This document shows, in pieces, positions 19,812 through 27,164 of a DNA stretch of 64,000 nt; the first letter of the stretch is position 1, and every line of letters starts with the position of its first letter. A model generated the notes under the pieces. It saw nothing but the letters and a program-made list of their open reading frames with translations. It ran no database searches and was not told where the DNA came from. Position numbers and translations under genes: made by a program. Source of the stretch: an uncultured Clostridia bacterium (lineage in GTDB: Bacteria; Bacillota; Clostridia; Christensenellales; Borkfalkiaceae); assembly GCA_944354125.1 (NCBI GenBank), contig CALVPT010000010.1:11543-75542 (forward strand), given 5' to 3'.

Positions 19812-20834
19812 ATGGTTGTTATAATAGTTACTGGCGGTGCCGGCTTTATAGGCAGTAACTTTATATTTCATATGCTCGAGAAATATCCCGATTGCCGCAT
19901 AGTATGTCTCGATAAGCTTACGTATGCGGGCAACCTTTCGACGCTTGCAAGCTTAATGGATAACCCAAAATTTCGCTTCGTCAAGCTGGATATATGTGAC
20001 CGCGAGGGCGTGTATAAGCTCTTTGAAGAGGAGCACCCCGACATAGTCGTCAACTTCGCGGCAGAAAGCCACGTTGACAGGAGCATAGAGGCCCCCACAA
20101 TTTTCCTTCAGACCAACATAATCGGCACGTCAGTTTTAATGGATGCATGCCGCAAGTATGGTATAAAGAGATATCACCAGGTATCTACGGACGAGGTGTA
20201 TGGCGACCTGCCCCTCGACCGTTCCGACCTGTTTTTTACGGAGACTAGGCCGCTCCATACGTCCAGTCCCTATTCAAGTTCAAAGGCGTCGGCAGACCTC
20301 TTGGTTTTGGCATATTACCGCACGTATGGGTTGCCCGTAAGCATATCGAGGTGCTCGAACAACTACGGTCCCTATCACTTTCCCGAAAAGCTCATACCTC
20401 TTATGATAGTCAACGCACTTGCAGACAAGCCTCTTCCCGTCTACGGCAAGGGCGAGAATGTGCGCGACTGGCTTTATGTCGAAGACCACTGTAAAGCAAT
20501 TGACCTCATAATTCATAAGAGTAGGGTAGGCGAGGTCTACAACGTGGGCGGTCATAATGAGATGAAAAATATCGACATAGTTAAGCTCATCTGCAAGGAA
20601 CTTGGCAAGCCCGAAAGCCTCATAACGTATGTCGCGGACAGAAAGGGTCACGATATGCGCTATGCAATTGATCCGACGAAAATTCACAACGAGCTCGGCT
20701 GGTTGCCCGAAACTAAGTTCTCGGACGGCATAAAGAAGACGATAAAGTGGTATCTCGATAACAAAGAGTGGTGGCAGACCATCATATCTGGCGAGTATAA
20801 GAACTATTACGAAAAGATGTATGGAAACAGATAA
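19812..20834 (+). CDS. rfbB: dTDP-glucose 4,6-dehydratase
   Basis: Motifs VTGGAGFIGSNF, STDEVYGD, YSSSKASADLLV and NNYGPYHFPEKLIP are present. No rfbA/C/D partner is in the window. Confidence 0.9.
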   Translation: MVVIIVTGGAGFIGSNFIFHMLEKYPDCRIVCLDKLTYAGNLSTLASLMDNPKFRFVKLDICDREGVYKLFEEEHPDIVVNFAAESHVDRSIEAPTIFLQTNIIGTSVLMDACRKYGIKRYHQVSTDEVYGDLPLDRSDLFFTETRPLHTSSPYSSSKASADLLVLAYYRTYGLPVSISRCSNNYGPYHFPEKLIPLMIVNALADKPLPVYGKGENVRDWLYVEDHCKAIDLIIHKSRVGEVYNVGGHNEMKNIDIVKLICKELGKPESLITYVADRKGHDMRYAIDPTKIHNELGWLPETKFSDGIKKTIKWYLDNKEWWQTIISGEYKNYYEKMYGNR

Positions 20835-21103
20835 ATATATCTATGCTTAAAGTGATTGGACTAAATAATATCGGAGAATAAATCGTCCTACTTAATTTAA
20901 CTTAAAAGCGGTCATCTACAAAGTGGCGGCTTTTTTGTTTAGTTTATGCAAGGTTGTTAACCGTAAAAATACATAAAAATATGTTGATGTTAAATTGGAT
21001 CAAAAAGGGAATGAGTGTGGGGTAGGGATTTAACAAGCCCTGTTTTTGAGGCATTTTTGCGATTTTTTATTAAATTTTACCCTGTTTTAGGATATCCCCT
21101 AAA

Positions 21104-21149
21104 CCTCTGACTCCGTCATTCGTTGGTTCAAATCCAGCTACCCCAGCCA
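21104..21149 (+). repeat. attachment-site direct repeat, copy 1: 3' half of a tRNA-Gln(CUG), from anticodon loop to CCA, with no 5' half
   Basis: Sequence parses as C-CTCTGAC-TCCGT-CATTC-GTTGG-TTCAAAT-CCAGC-TACCCCA-G-CCA. These segments are anticodon loop (CTG), anticodon stem 3' strand, variable loop, T arm, acceptor 3' strand, discriminator and CCA. Upstream bases cannot pair as the anticodon stem or acceptor 5' strand. Confidence 0.75.
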
Positions 21150-21153
21150 TAAG

Positions 21154-21202
21154 ACACTATATATTGTAAATTTCACTAAGAAAAATCAATATATAGTGTT
21201 TT
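21154..21202 (+). terminator. rho-independent terminator directly after the tRNA-Gln half
   Basis: 13-bp stem ACACTATATATTG (21154-21166) pairs with CAATATATAGTGT (21187-21199), followed by TTT. Confidence 0.6.
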
Positions 21203-21226
21203 AATTTTTGTCTTTTTTTAAGCTCT

Positions 21227-21255
21227 TCCCCAAATTGGGGAAAGAATTGGGGAAA
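21227..21255 (+). repeat. candidate integrase/Xis arm-type sites: TTCCCCAA/TTGGGGAAA palindrome plus a second TTGGGGAAA 12 bp later (a third at 21354-21362)
   Basis: TTGGGGAAA occurs at 21235-21243, 21247-21255 and 21354-21362. The same 9-mer recurs three times at the other end (37318-37350). Confidence 0.45.
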
Positions 21256-21368
21256 CTTTACGGAGTAATTTTTGCTCGTTGCCCTAAATTTTAAGTGTTT
21301 TGCCTGCTTATGCGGGCTTTTTTATTTGATTTTTGTTCTTTCAAAAATAGTCATTGGGGAAATTCCCG

Positions 21369-22598
21369 TCAGTAAATTACCTTCTCGGCTTCTTTAAGCT
21401 GAAATTCTTCCGAATAATGGGTGTACACTGTCGAGGTAATTGTACCGCTTAAACTGTGTCCAGCCCATATGCTCACGACCTCTGAGGCAACTCCGCATTC
21501 TTTGCAATGGCTGATAAAAGTATGCCTAAGTTCGTGCGGATGTCTTTCGGGCAAAAGCCTTTTCATTCTGGTTGAAATGGTATTAAGATTAGTTCTCTTA
21601 GCCTTTTCAAAGTCGATAAAAGAGGTGTATTTCTTAGCCTGAGGCGTAAAGGGTATCTTTCGTAAAACGACATTCTGCCCCAAACGCTCTTTACTGGTCT
21701 CGCATTGCAACCACTTGCCATCTATTATCTCTATGCTGGCAAGTTCTGACTTTCTTAAACCAAAGAGTAACAGTACTAGCAGTGCATCCGTGCCTTCAAC
21801 TTCTCTATGCGACTTGCAGTATTTTATAAGTCTTTCTTCCTCGTCTTTTGTGAGTGCCTGACCTTTCTTTGTCTGATAATTCGGCAACACGACTTTTTTC
21901 ATAGGGGAGGGGATAGAAAAGTCCTCAGCCGCCATATCGAATATGCAATTGAGCATGAGGGCGAGCTTTTCAGCTTTTCTGTGCTTATTTTCGCCGACTA
22001 TCCCGAAGAGATAATTTTGCAGTTCATTTCTCGTAATTTCTGCAAGAACTCTGTTGCCGAACATAGGCTCTAAATCTACACGGAAGGAACGCTCGTATTC
22101 CTTATAAGTTGAAGGTTTTGTCGTTTGCTCCTTGATTTTCAGCCAGTCGCGACCGTAATCTCCGAATAGTACCGTATCAGCAGTAGGAGTAGGAATTTCG
22201 GGAGTAATCTCTTCAATCTGTTGCTGACCAGCAGGACGGTCATAAAAGGCGGCAAGCTTTTGCATAAAGCGAGTACGCATTGTCTCAAAATCTCGACCAG
22301 AAGCCTCGATATACATTCCCTTGCGGCGAATGCGAGCCTCGAAGTATCCGTTAGAAGTTATTCTGTAATTTACTATGTAATTGTTTGCTATAAATATTTT
22401 TCTGATATGTTCCGGCATGGCTTTAATCTCCTGTTTAGTAAATTTAAAGCCGCTTTTGCCATTTTCAGAAATGTTTTCCCTGGTCTTGACAATCTCGCCC
22501 ATAGTCTTTCTTATGGCAGAGAGTTGCCCGTATAGTGCCGTCAACGCATTGCCTTCGGCACAATGTGCTAAGTTACCTGATGTCTTTCGATAGTTCAA
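21369..22598 (-). CDS. int: tyrosine site-specific recombinase (phage-type integrase), copy A
   Basis: C-terminal catalytic motifs are LLFGLRKSEL (Arg), HELRHTF (H-x-x-R), AGHS (His) and VYTHY (Tyr). The start is uncertain because the TTG at 22598 is only 2 nt from the AAGGAGA ribosome binding site. Confidence 0.9.
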   Translation of the reverse strand: MNYRKTSGNLAHCAEGNALTALYGQLSAIRKTMGEIVKTRENISENGKSGFKFTKQEIKAMPEHIRKIFIANNYIVNYRITSNGYFEARIRRKGMYIEASGRDFETMRTRFMQKLAAFYDRPAGQQQIEEITPEIPTPTADTVLFGDYGRDWLKIKEQTTKPSTYKEYERSFRVDLEPMFGNRVLAEITRNELQNYLFGIVGENKHRKAEKLALMLNCIFDMAAEDFSIPSPMKKVVLPNYQTKKGQALTKDEEERLIKYCKSHREVEGTDALLVLLLFGLRKSELASIEIIDGKWLQCETSKERLGQNVVLRKIPFTPQAKKYTSFIDFEKAKRTNLNTISTRMKRLLPERHPHELRHTFISHCKECGVASEVVSIWAGHSLSGTITSTVYTHYSEEFQLKEAEKVIY

Positions 22599-22641
22599 TT
22601 CTCCTTATTATTTGATTTGTGCAACCATAAAGTGCATTTAC

Positions 22642-22670
22642 AGTATAACACAGCTTTATAGATGTTGCAA
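22642..22670 (-). promoter_or_regulatory. promoter for int (minus strand): TTGCAA - 17 nt - TATACT
   Basis: Read on the minus strand as TTGCAACATCTATAAAGCTGTGTTATACT. It is conserved base-for-base in copy B (38902-38930). Confidence 0.55.
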
Positions 22671-22780
22671 TGTAGTCTCCTTAAAGTTGTAATTCCGAAA
22701 GGCAGGTATCGTCCTGCCGCTTAAGCAATTTTATTATAAATCTTAAATCTTCCAATTAAAAGGAACTAAATCGGTATCTT

Positions 22781-22828
22781 CCCACAACTTATACAACACA
22801 CCCCAACTATACCCCAACAAAACCCAAC
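22781..22828. repeat. phased CCCCAAC iterons (GTTGGGG on the minus strand) between the sigma-like gene and int
   Basis: CCCACAAC at 22781, CCCCAAC at 22801 and 22812, CCCAAC at 22823. The last three are 11 bp apart (one helical turn). They are identical in copy B (39041-39088). Confidence 0.5.
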
Positions 22829-22882
22829 TAAATGGAGAGGGGAGAGGCTCTTATAAAGTTGAATTTGTATTGGATGTTCATA

Positions 22883-23506
22883 TTAAACACCTCCCAAATA
22901 CTTGTTGTAACGCCTCTGAATGGTGTATATCACTGAGCCTATTGCTCCTACGCTTCTGTTAAGCAGGCGTCCGATCTCGCCCATGCTAAGACCTGCCATA
23001 CGATGAGTGAGTACTTTGCGCTGGCAGTCGTCGAGTTGCATTTTATCGATAATGTTATCAACAACTTTGAGTTCGTCCTCATCTGCACTATGTATTTGGG
23101 ATGTTTCCAGATGATATGCCTTTTCAAGGTCAACGTGTTTCGTAGTTATGCGGTATCTGCTACATATCATGCGATCGACCAGCTTATAGCAGTGGTATTT
23201 AATGGTTATAACTCTGCCCTTTTTGGTTATCTCGTAAGTATCTTCTAAGTGTTTCCCGAAGTGTTCACAGAGGAAGAGTGCCACAGTCTGAACTATGTCG
23301 TAATTGTCCGACATAATGTAGTCTGGGTTATCTTTGTTGAAGATGTCTTCGCAAACACCGAAGTGTGCCTTTGCAATGTACCTGCCGGAAAAGCGAATTA
23401 GGTACTTGGTTTCCTTGCATACGAGAAGTTCAGCCATATCGAGTACATTCTCACGGGATATGACCTCGGTCAGTATGTCGAAACTTCTTTCAATTTTCTT
23501 TTTCAT
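22883..23506 (-). CDS. sigma-70 region-4-like HTH protein (207 aa) of the integrase module
   Basis: C-terminus LDDCQRKVLTHRMAGLSMGEIGRLLNRSVGAIGSVIYTIQRRYNKYL looks like a sigma region 4 / LuxR-type HTH. The N-terminal 130 aa match no family I recognise. GGAGG ribosome binding site. Confidence 0.7.
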   Translation of the reverse strand: MKKKIERSFDILTEVISRENVLDMAELLVCKETKYLIRFSGRYIAKAHFGVCEDIFNKDNPDYIMSDNYDIVQTVALFLCEHFGKHLEDTYEITKKGRVITIKYHCYKLVDRMICSRYRITTKHVDLEKAYHLETSQIHSADEDELKVVDNIIDKMQLDDCQRKVLTHRMAGLSMGEIGRLLNRSVGAIGSVIYTIQRRYNKYLGGV

Positions 23507-23896
23507 AGGTGATTTACCTCCGTCTTGAGTTTTTCTGTCTTTCGACGGGGTAAAAAGGGCATAGGCGATTTATTGATTGCAGAACTCTGATGTAAGGGCA
23601 TCCCCTGTCAATAGAGAGAGGAAATTTCCTTAAAGTACTATGCTTATGTCCATATGAAATTTACGAACGACATTGACAGGGGTAAACGGCTATGCCAAAA
23701 TATCCCCTCGAAAGAGAAAAGGTGACGGTATAACCAAAAACACAGAATAGCCGTAAAAGCTCTTAATTAGCGTTCTGACGGCGATTAAGGGTTAAGTCGA
23801 GTATAATATCGAGGATAATACAAACAAGTGTTTATAAACTAAAATTACGCAACGCTGAGGGGAACAGCTAACAGAACACGGTGGGACAAAAAAGTA
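23507..23896 (-). other. conserved non-coding block (leader or ncRNA) with nested inverted repeats, duplicated at 39402-39800
   Basis: No ORF with a ribosome binding site. The outer inverted repeat CTTTCGACGGGGTAAAAAGGGCATAGG (about 23539-23565) pairs with CTATGCCAAAATATCCCCTCGAAAG (about 23691-23715). The inner perfect repeat CCCCTGTCAAT (23602-23612) pairs with ATTGACAGGGG (23672-23682). A 12-bp palindrome AGGAAATTTCCT lies at 23619-23630. Confidence 0.5.
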
Positions 23897-23942
23897 ACGC
23901 AGCACATTTGCGAGCGGGTTAGCGCAAAGTGCTGCGTTTTTG
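23896..23942. terminator. bidirectional rho-independent terminator
   Basis: The segment reads AACGCAGCAC-ATTTGCG-loop-CGCAAA-GTGCTGCGTT. It has an A-run upstream and a T-run downstream, so it is usable on either strand. Confidence 0.65.
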
Positions 23943-24064
23943 TCCGACGTTCTGTCGGTAGTTGTAGTTGGTTTACTTGTATCAAGGCAAGTCGATTTTA
24001 ATTGCTGTTTGTTATGTTTCGGCAATTATGTTGAGTTTGATTAAATTATGTTAATCGTTGAATT

Positions 24065-24143
24065 AAGTGGGCGTGAGCTTGTCTGCGGCGGCGCGAAGCG
24101 CCGACGCACTCGTCTATGACAAGCTCACGTCTAACTGCCACTT
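24065..24143 (+). other. GC-rich extended hairpin (about 30 paired positions, GAA-closed tip) in an AT-rich gene-free region; candidate structured RNA or DNA site
   Basis: AAGTGG pairs with CCACTT. CGTGAGCTTGTC (24072-24083) pairs with GACAAGCTCACG (24118-24129). The inner segment is TGCG-G-CGGCG-C-GAA-G-CGCCG-A-CGCA. It is followed by TTGTTATTTTTG. Confidence 0.45.
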
Positions 24144-24244
24144 GTTATTTTTGAATATGCTTATGTGATAGTGCTGAATATAAATTTTAGGGCTTTCGAT
24201 TGTGTCAATTTTAAGTGTTATTTCGTTGATTTAATTGCTTTAAG

Positions 24245-24348
24245 GTGTGCGCTTGGTCGGCGCCTGCGAGCGAAGCGAGCAGGTGGCAGAGCGGCGTCAG
24301 CCGCACTGCCAGCAAAATGCCGCCGCTTGTTAATAACCAAGCGCACAC
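24245..24348 (+). other. GC-rich three-helix structure (outer 13-bp stem plus two internal hairpins)
   Basis: GTGTGCGCTTGGT (24245-24257) pairs with ACCAAGCGCACAC (24336-24348). CCTGC...GCAGG (24263-24283) has a GAA tip. The segment TGGCAG-A-GCGGC-GTCA-GCCGC-A-CTGCCA spans 24284-24311. It is followed by a T-rich run. Confidence 0.45.
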
Positions 24349-24998
24349 ACTGCGGTCATTTGTTGTTTTTTACGGTAAAATTTAAGACAATTTTTTACAT
24401 ATACTAGGGGTATTTTCACAAGTAAAGACATAGATCAAGAAATATCTATTTATTCTTTTTTATAAAATATTCAATATTTAAGATTTACCATAAATAGATA
24501 ATATTAAAGGATTTTTTTATTTTACAGAAGATGTATTCATGGCAGTTGCCTAGCATATATGACCAATTTAACGTAGGGGCAAGGATTAATAGGTACAAAA
24601 TGTTATCGAAAGGTGGGATAATTATGCTAAACAGGGGATGTTAAAGCAGGTTAAAGAGATTGGTTATTGATTGGGATATATGCCATTCTCCAAGATACCT
24701 GCAAATAAGTTGCAGACAGTGCCGCTGAGTAGCATAATTCGCCATTCAGCGGCTTGCCGAATTTGTCTTTTACTTACTTTCAATAAGTGGGAGCCTACAT
24801 TGTTAATAAAAAATAATGATAATAGTAAATCTTTCCAAGGTAATTTCTTCGTTATTAATTCAAATTTGACTTATTCAATGTTTTCTTGAGAAATCGTATG
24901 AAATATTTAAAATTAAATTTTTTTGAGGGGACAGATATTTTAATTTTATTGTATAAAATTATTTTTCACTTGGAAATAATTATTCTTTCGACTAAGTA

Positions 24999-25026
24999 TT
25001 GACAAGCAAAATATACTGATTATAAT
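24999..25026 (+). promoter_or_regulatory. candidate promoter of the LytTR/kinase operon 1: TTGACA - 16 nt - TATAAT
   Basis: TTGACA at 24999-25004 and TATAAT at 25021-25026. A bulged hairpin lies in the 5' UTR (25037-25068). Confidence 0.5.
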
Positions 25027-25092
25027 TGTCTTAGTCGCCAAGGAAGCAAAACATTCCTTGCGGCGTAAAATGTTGTCACTTAGGGGGGGGAT

Positions 25093-25797
25093 ATGAATAT
25101 TGCGATAGTTGAAGATGTAGAAGAAGATGCAAAAGTGCTTAAAAAATGTATTAGTGCTTATGCAAAGAAGTATGAAGATGTTTGTGTAGTCAGTGTTTAT
25201 GCCGACGGGGTACAGTTTCTTACGGATTATAAGGCAAATTTTGACGTGGTTTTTATGGATATAGAAATGCCTTATCGAGACGGACTTAAAGTATCGGCGG
25301 CGTTACGTGAAATTGACCCTACCGTATGTCTTGTATTCATAACCAATATGCGTCAGTACGCGATAAAAGGTTATGAGGTGCAGGCATTCGACTTCATAGT
25401 CAAGCCTGTTAATTATGAAGTTTTTGAATTTCATTTCAAGCGCATAATGGAAAAGGTAAGAAGTAATCCGAAAGCAGAAATAATCATTACAAACCAGAGC
25501 AGTAAAAAGCGCGTCAGCGTGAGGGATATAGACTATGTCGAAGTTGTCAACCACAAAGTTCTGTTTCACCTTGGTGACAATACGATAGAGTCATGGTCGC
25601 CGCTCTATAAAGTTACAGAAGAACTTGAAAAATATGGTTTTGCCCTATGCAATTCGTGTTATCTGGTCAATCTAAGCCACGTTAAGTATGTGCAGGACAA
25701 TACAGTTTACGTTGCCGACGCTCAACTGAAAATAAGCAGACCCAAACGCAAAGAATTTATGGAGAAGCTGATGCTTTCGATGCGGAACGGAGGTTAG
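25093..25797 (+). CDS. LytTR-family response regulator (receiver plus LytTR DNA-binding domain), copy 1
   Basis: Receiver motifs are IAIVEDVEED and VVFMDIEMPYRDGL. The C-terminal part VRDIDYVEVVNHKVLFHL...CNSCYLVNLSHV is LytTR-like. Confidence 0.9.
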   Translation: MNIAIVEDVEEDAKVLKKCISAYAKKYEDVCVVSVYADGVQFLTDYKANFDVVFMDIEMPYRDGLKVSAALREIDPTVCLVFITNMRQYAIKGYEVQAFDFIVKPVNYEVFEFHFKRIMEKVRSNPKAEIIITNQSSKKRVSVRDIDYVEVVNHKVLFHLGDNTIESWSPLYKVTEELEKYGFALCNSCYLVNLSHVKYVQDNTVYVADAQLKISRPKRKEFMEKLMLSMRNGG

Positions 25798-25799
25798 CG

Positions 25800-27116
25800 A
25801 TGAGTATTCTTGAAAAAAGTCTTGAATTTGCCAACTCGTATATCATAACGCTTCTGGCTTTCGGTTTTATACTCTGCTGCCTTCAGCCTAAAAGAAAATA
25901 TTTTATTCTGCGGCTCATTCCCGTAATAGCGGCAGGCATATTTTTAAGTACCGATTTCTACCGCAACGCGCTTTCCATGGGTGGAGGCGGAGGAAGTATA
26001 TCGACAATGCCCTATTTTATCGGTTGGGCGATAGCTGTGCTGGCTATGTGGTTCTGCTTTAAAATCAGCTTTTTGCAGGCTCTTTTCTATCAATCGTTGT
26101 GTTATGTCATAGAACACATGATTTTTAATCTTAAGTTCGCCCTTATTTTGACTGAAATCGACGGTTTTAATGCTATTTGGGTCAATGCAGCGGTTCTTGG
26201 AATAAGAATTGCCATAGGTTTTGCAATTTACTTTTTGTTGGCCAAGCGGTTGGAGAAGTTGGACTATCTTCTCGAATATAAGGCGGTTGCGGTCATAATA
26301 GCCGCAGTAAACGTTGCGTTTACCATACTTTTGAATAATTGGTTTTATAACAGGGGATGGTTTTCCGAAGCATTGTATATAGTGCGCGTTCTGTTATGTA
26401 TATTTTTTGTTGCGCTCCCGTTTCTTCTCAGTGCGGTGCTGCGCAGCAAGACCGAAAAGCAAAAACTTGAACAGATGCTGATTGACGGTGAAAAACAACG
26501 GCGACTGTCAGAGGAGAATATTGAAGCCATAAATCGGAAATGTCACGATTTAAAATATCAGGTTGTCGCACTCAGGCAGCTTGCTGCAGACGGTAACCAT
26601 TCAAAGGTATATGACGATGCCGTAGACGCGCTTGAAAAGGACGTCATGATTTATGACTCGATAGCAAAAACCGGATATGGCGGCATAGACATACTTCTGA
26701 CGGAAAAAAGTCTTCTGTGCGATAAGAAAGGTATTCTTTTCACGTATATGATCGATGGCGAAAAGCTGATGTTTATGGACGAAGTTGACTTGTATATTCT
26801 GCTTGGCAATGCCTTGGATAATGCCATAGAGGCTGTATGCGAATTGCCCAAAGAACAGCGAATTATAAATATGGGTGTAATCTCACGCAATGAAATGACT
26901 ATGCTCAGCGTAGAAAATTTTTGCGCAAAGCCTCCTCAGATGGTCGACGGATTGCCTAAGACGACAAAAAAAGACAGCGCAAATCACGGGTTCGGAACAA
27001 AGAGTATAATCGGTATTGCTGAAAAATATGGGGGATCAGTTCAGTTTTTTACCTATGATGACAGATTTGTTCTCAATGTGTTATTCCCGTTCAGACAAAA
27101 TACGCAAAGTTTATGA
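25800..27116 (+). CDS. membrane sensor histidine kinase, AgrC/HPK10-like (GHKL ATPase), copy 1
   Basis: About 6 N-terminal TM helices. H-box NRKCHDLKYQVVAL, N-box LLGNALDNAIEA and G-box NHGFGTKSI are present. Confidence 0.85.
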   Translation: MSILEKSLEFANSYIITLLAFGFILCCLQPKRKYFILRLIPVIAAGIFLSTDFYRNALSMGGGGGSISTMPYFIGWAIAVLAMWFCFKISFLQALFYQSLCYVIEHMIFNLKFALILTEIDGFNAIWVNAAVLGIRIAIGFAIYFLLAKRLEKLDYLLEYKAVAVIIAAVNVAFTILLNNWFYNRGWFSEALYIVRVLLCIFFVALPFLLSAVLRSKTEKQKLEQMLIDGEKQRRLSEENIEAINRKCHDLKYQVVALRQLAADGNHSKVYDDAVDALEKDVMIYDSIAKTGYGGIDILLTEKSLLCDKKGILFTYMIDGEKLMFMDEVDLYILLGNALDNAIEAVCELPKEQRIINMGVISRNEMTMLSVENFCAKPPQMVDGLPKTTKKDSANHGFGTKSIIGIAEKYGGSVQFFTYDDRFVLNVLFPFRQNTQSL

Positions 27117-27164
27117 CAATTAACGAAAAGTCTGTTTAAATTTCAAATTCATAATGTTACATTG

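Larger units (their letters stand above)
1449..20834 (+). other. Wzx/Wzy-dependent surface polysaccharide (EPS/CPS/S-layer glycan) biosynthesis locus, 16 co-oriented genes
   Basis: Contains a priming phosphoglycosyl transferase, nucleotide-sugar pathways, four GT4 transferases, a Wzy-like polymerase and a Wzx flippase. All are on the + strand with tiny or overlapping gaps. Confidence 0.85.

Noticed and set aside
21017-21149. Possibility that TGGGGTA at 21017 is the 5' end of a complete (intron-containing) tRNA-Gln, or that the 3' end belongs to a tmRNA
   Set aside because: The intervening 85 nt have no D-arm or anticodon-stem 5' strand. The acceptor pairing lacks the G3:U70 pair expected of tmRNA, and the second copy has unrelated upstream sequence.
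23792-24025. 77-aa minus-strand ORF upstream of the sigma-like gene
   Set aside because: It runs straight through the strong bidirectional terminator hairpin and the conserved non-coding block. The copy B equivalent is interrupted, so it is not under coding constraint.
24165-24407. 80-aa ORF covering the second GC-rich structure
   Set aside because: It has no ribosome binding site. Its reading frame is created by the GC-rich palindromes (RRLRAKRAGGRAASAALPAKCRR), so the signal is nucleic-acid structure, not coding.
24624-24644. Tiny ORF ATG-CTA-AAC-AGG-GGA-TGT-TAA (MLNRGC) with an AGGTGGG ribosome binding site, considered as an AgrD-like signal peptide for the kinase
   Set aside because: At six codons it is far shorter than any known autoinducing-peptide precursor. 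There is no AgrB-like processing gene, so it is indistinguishable from chance.
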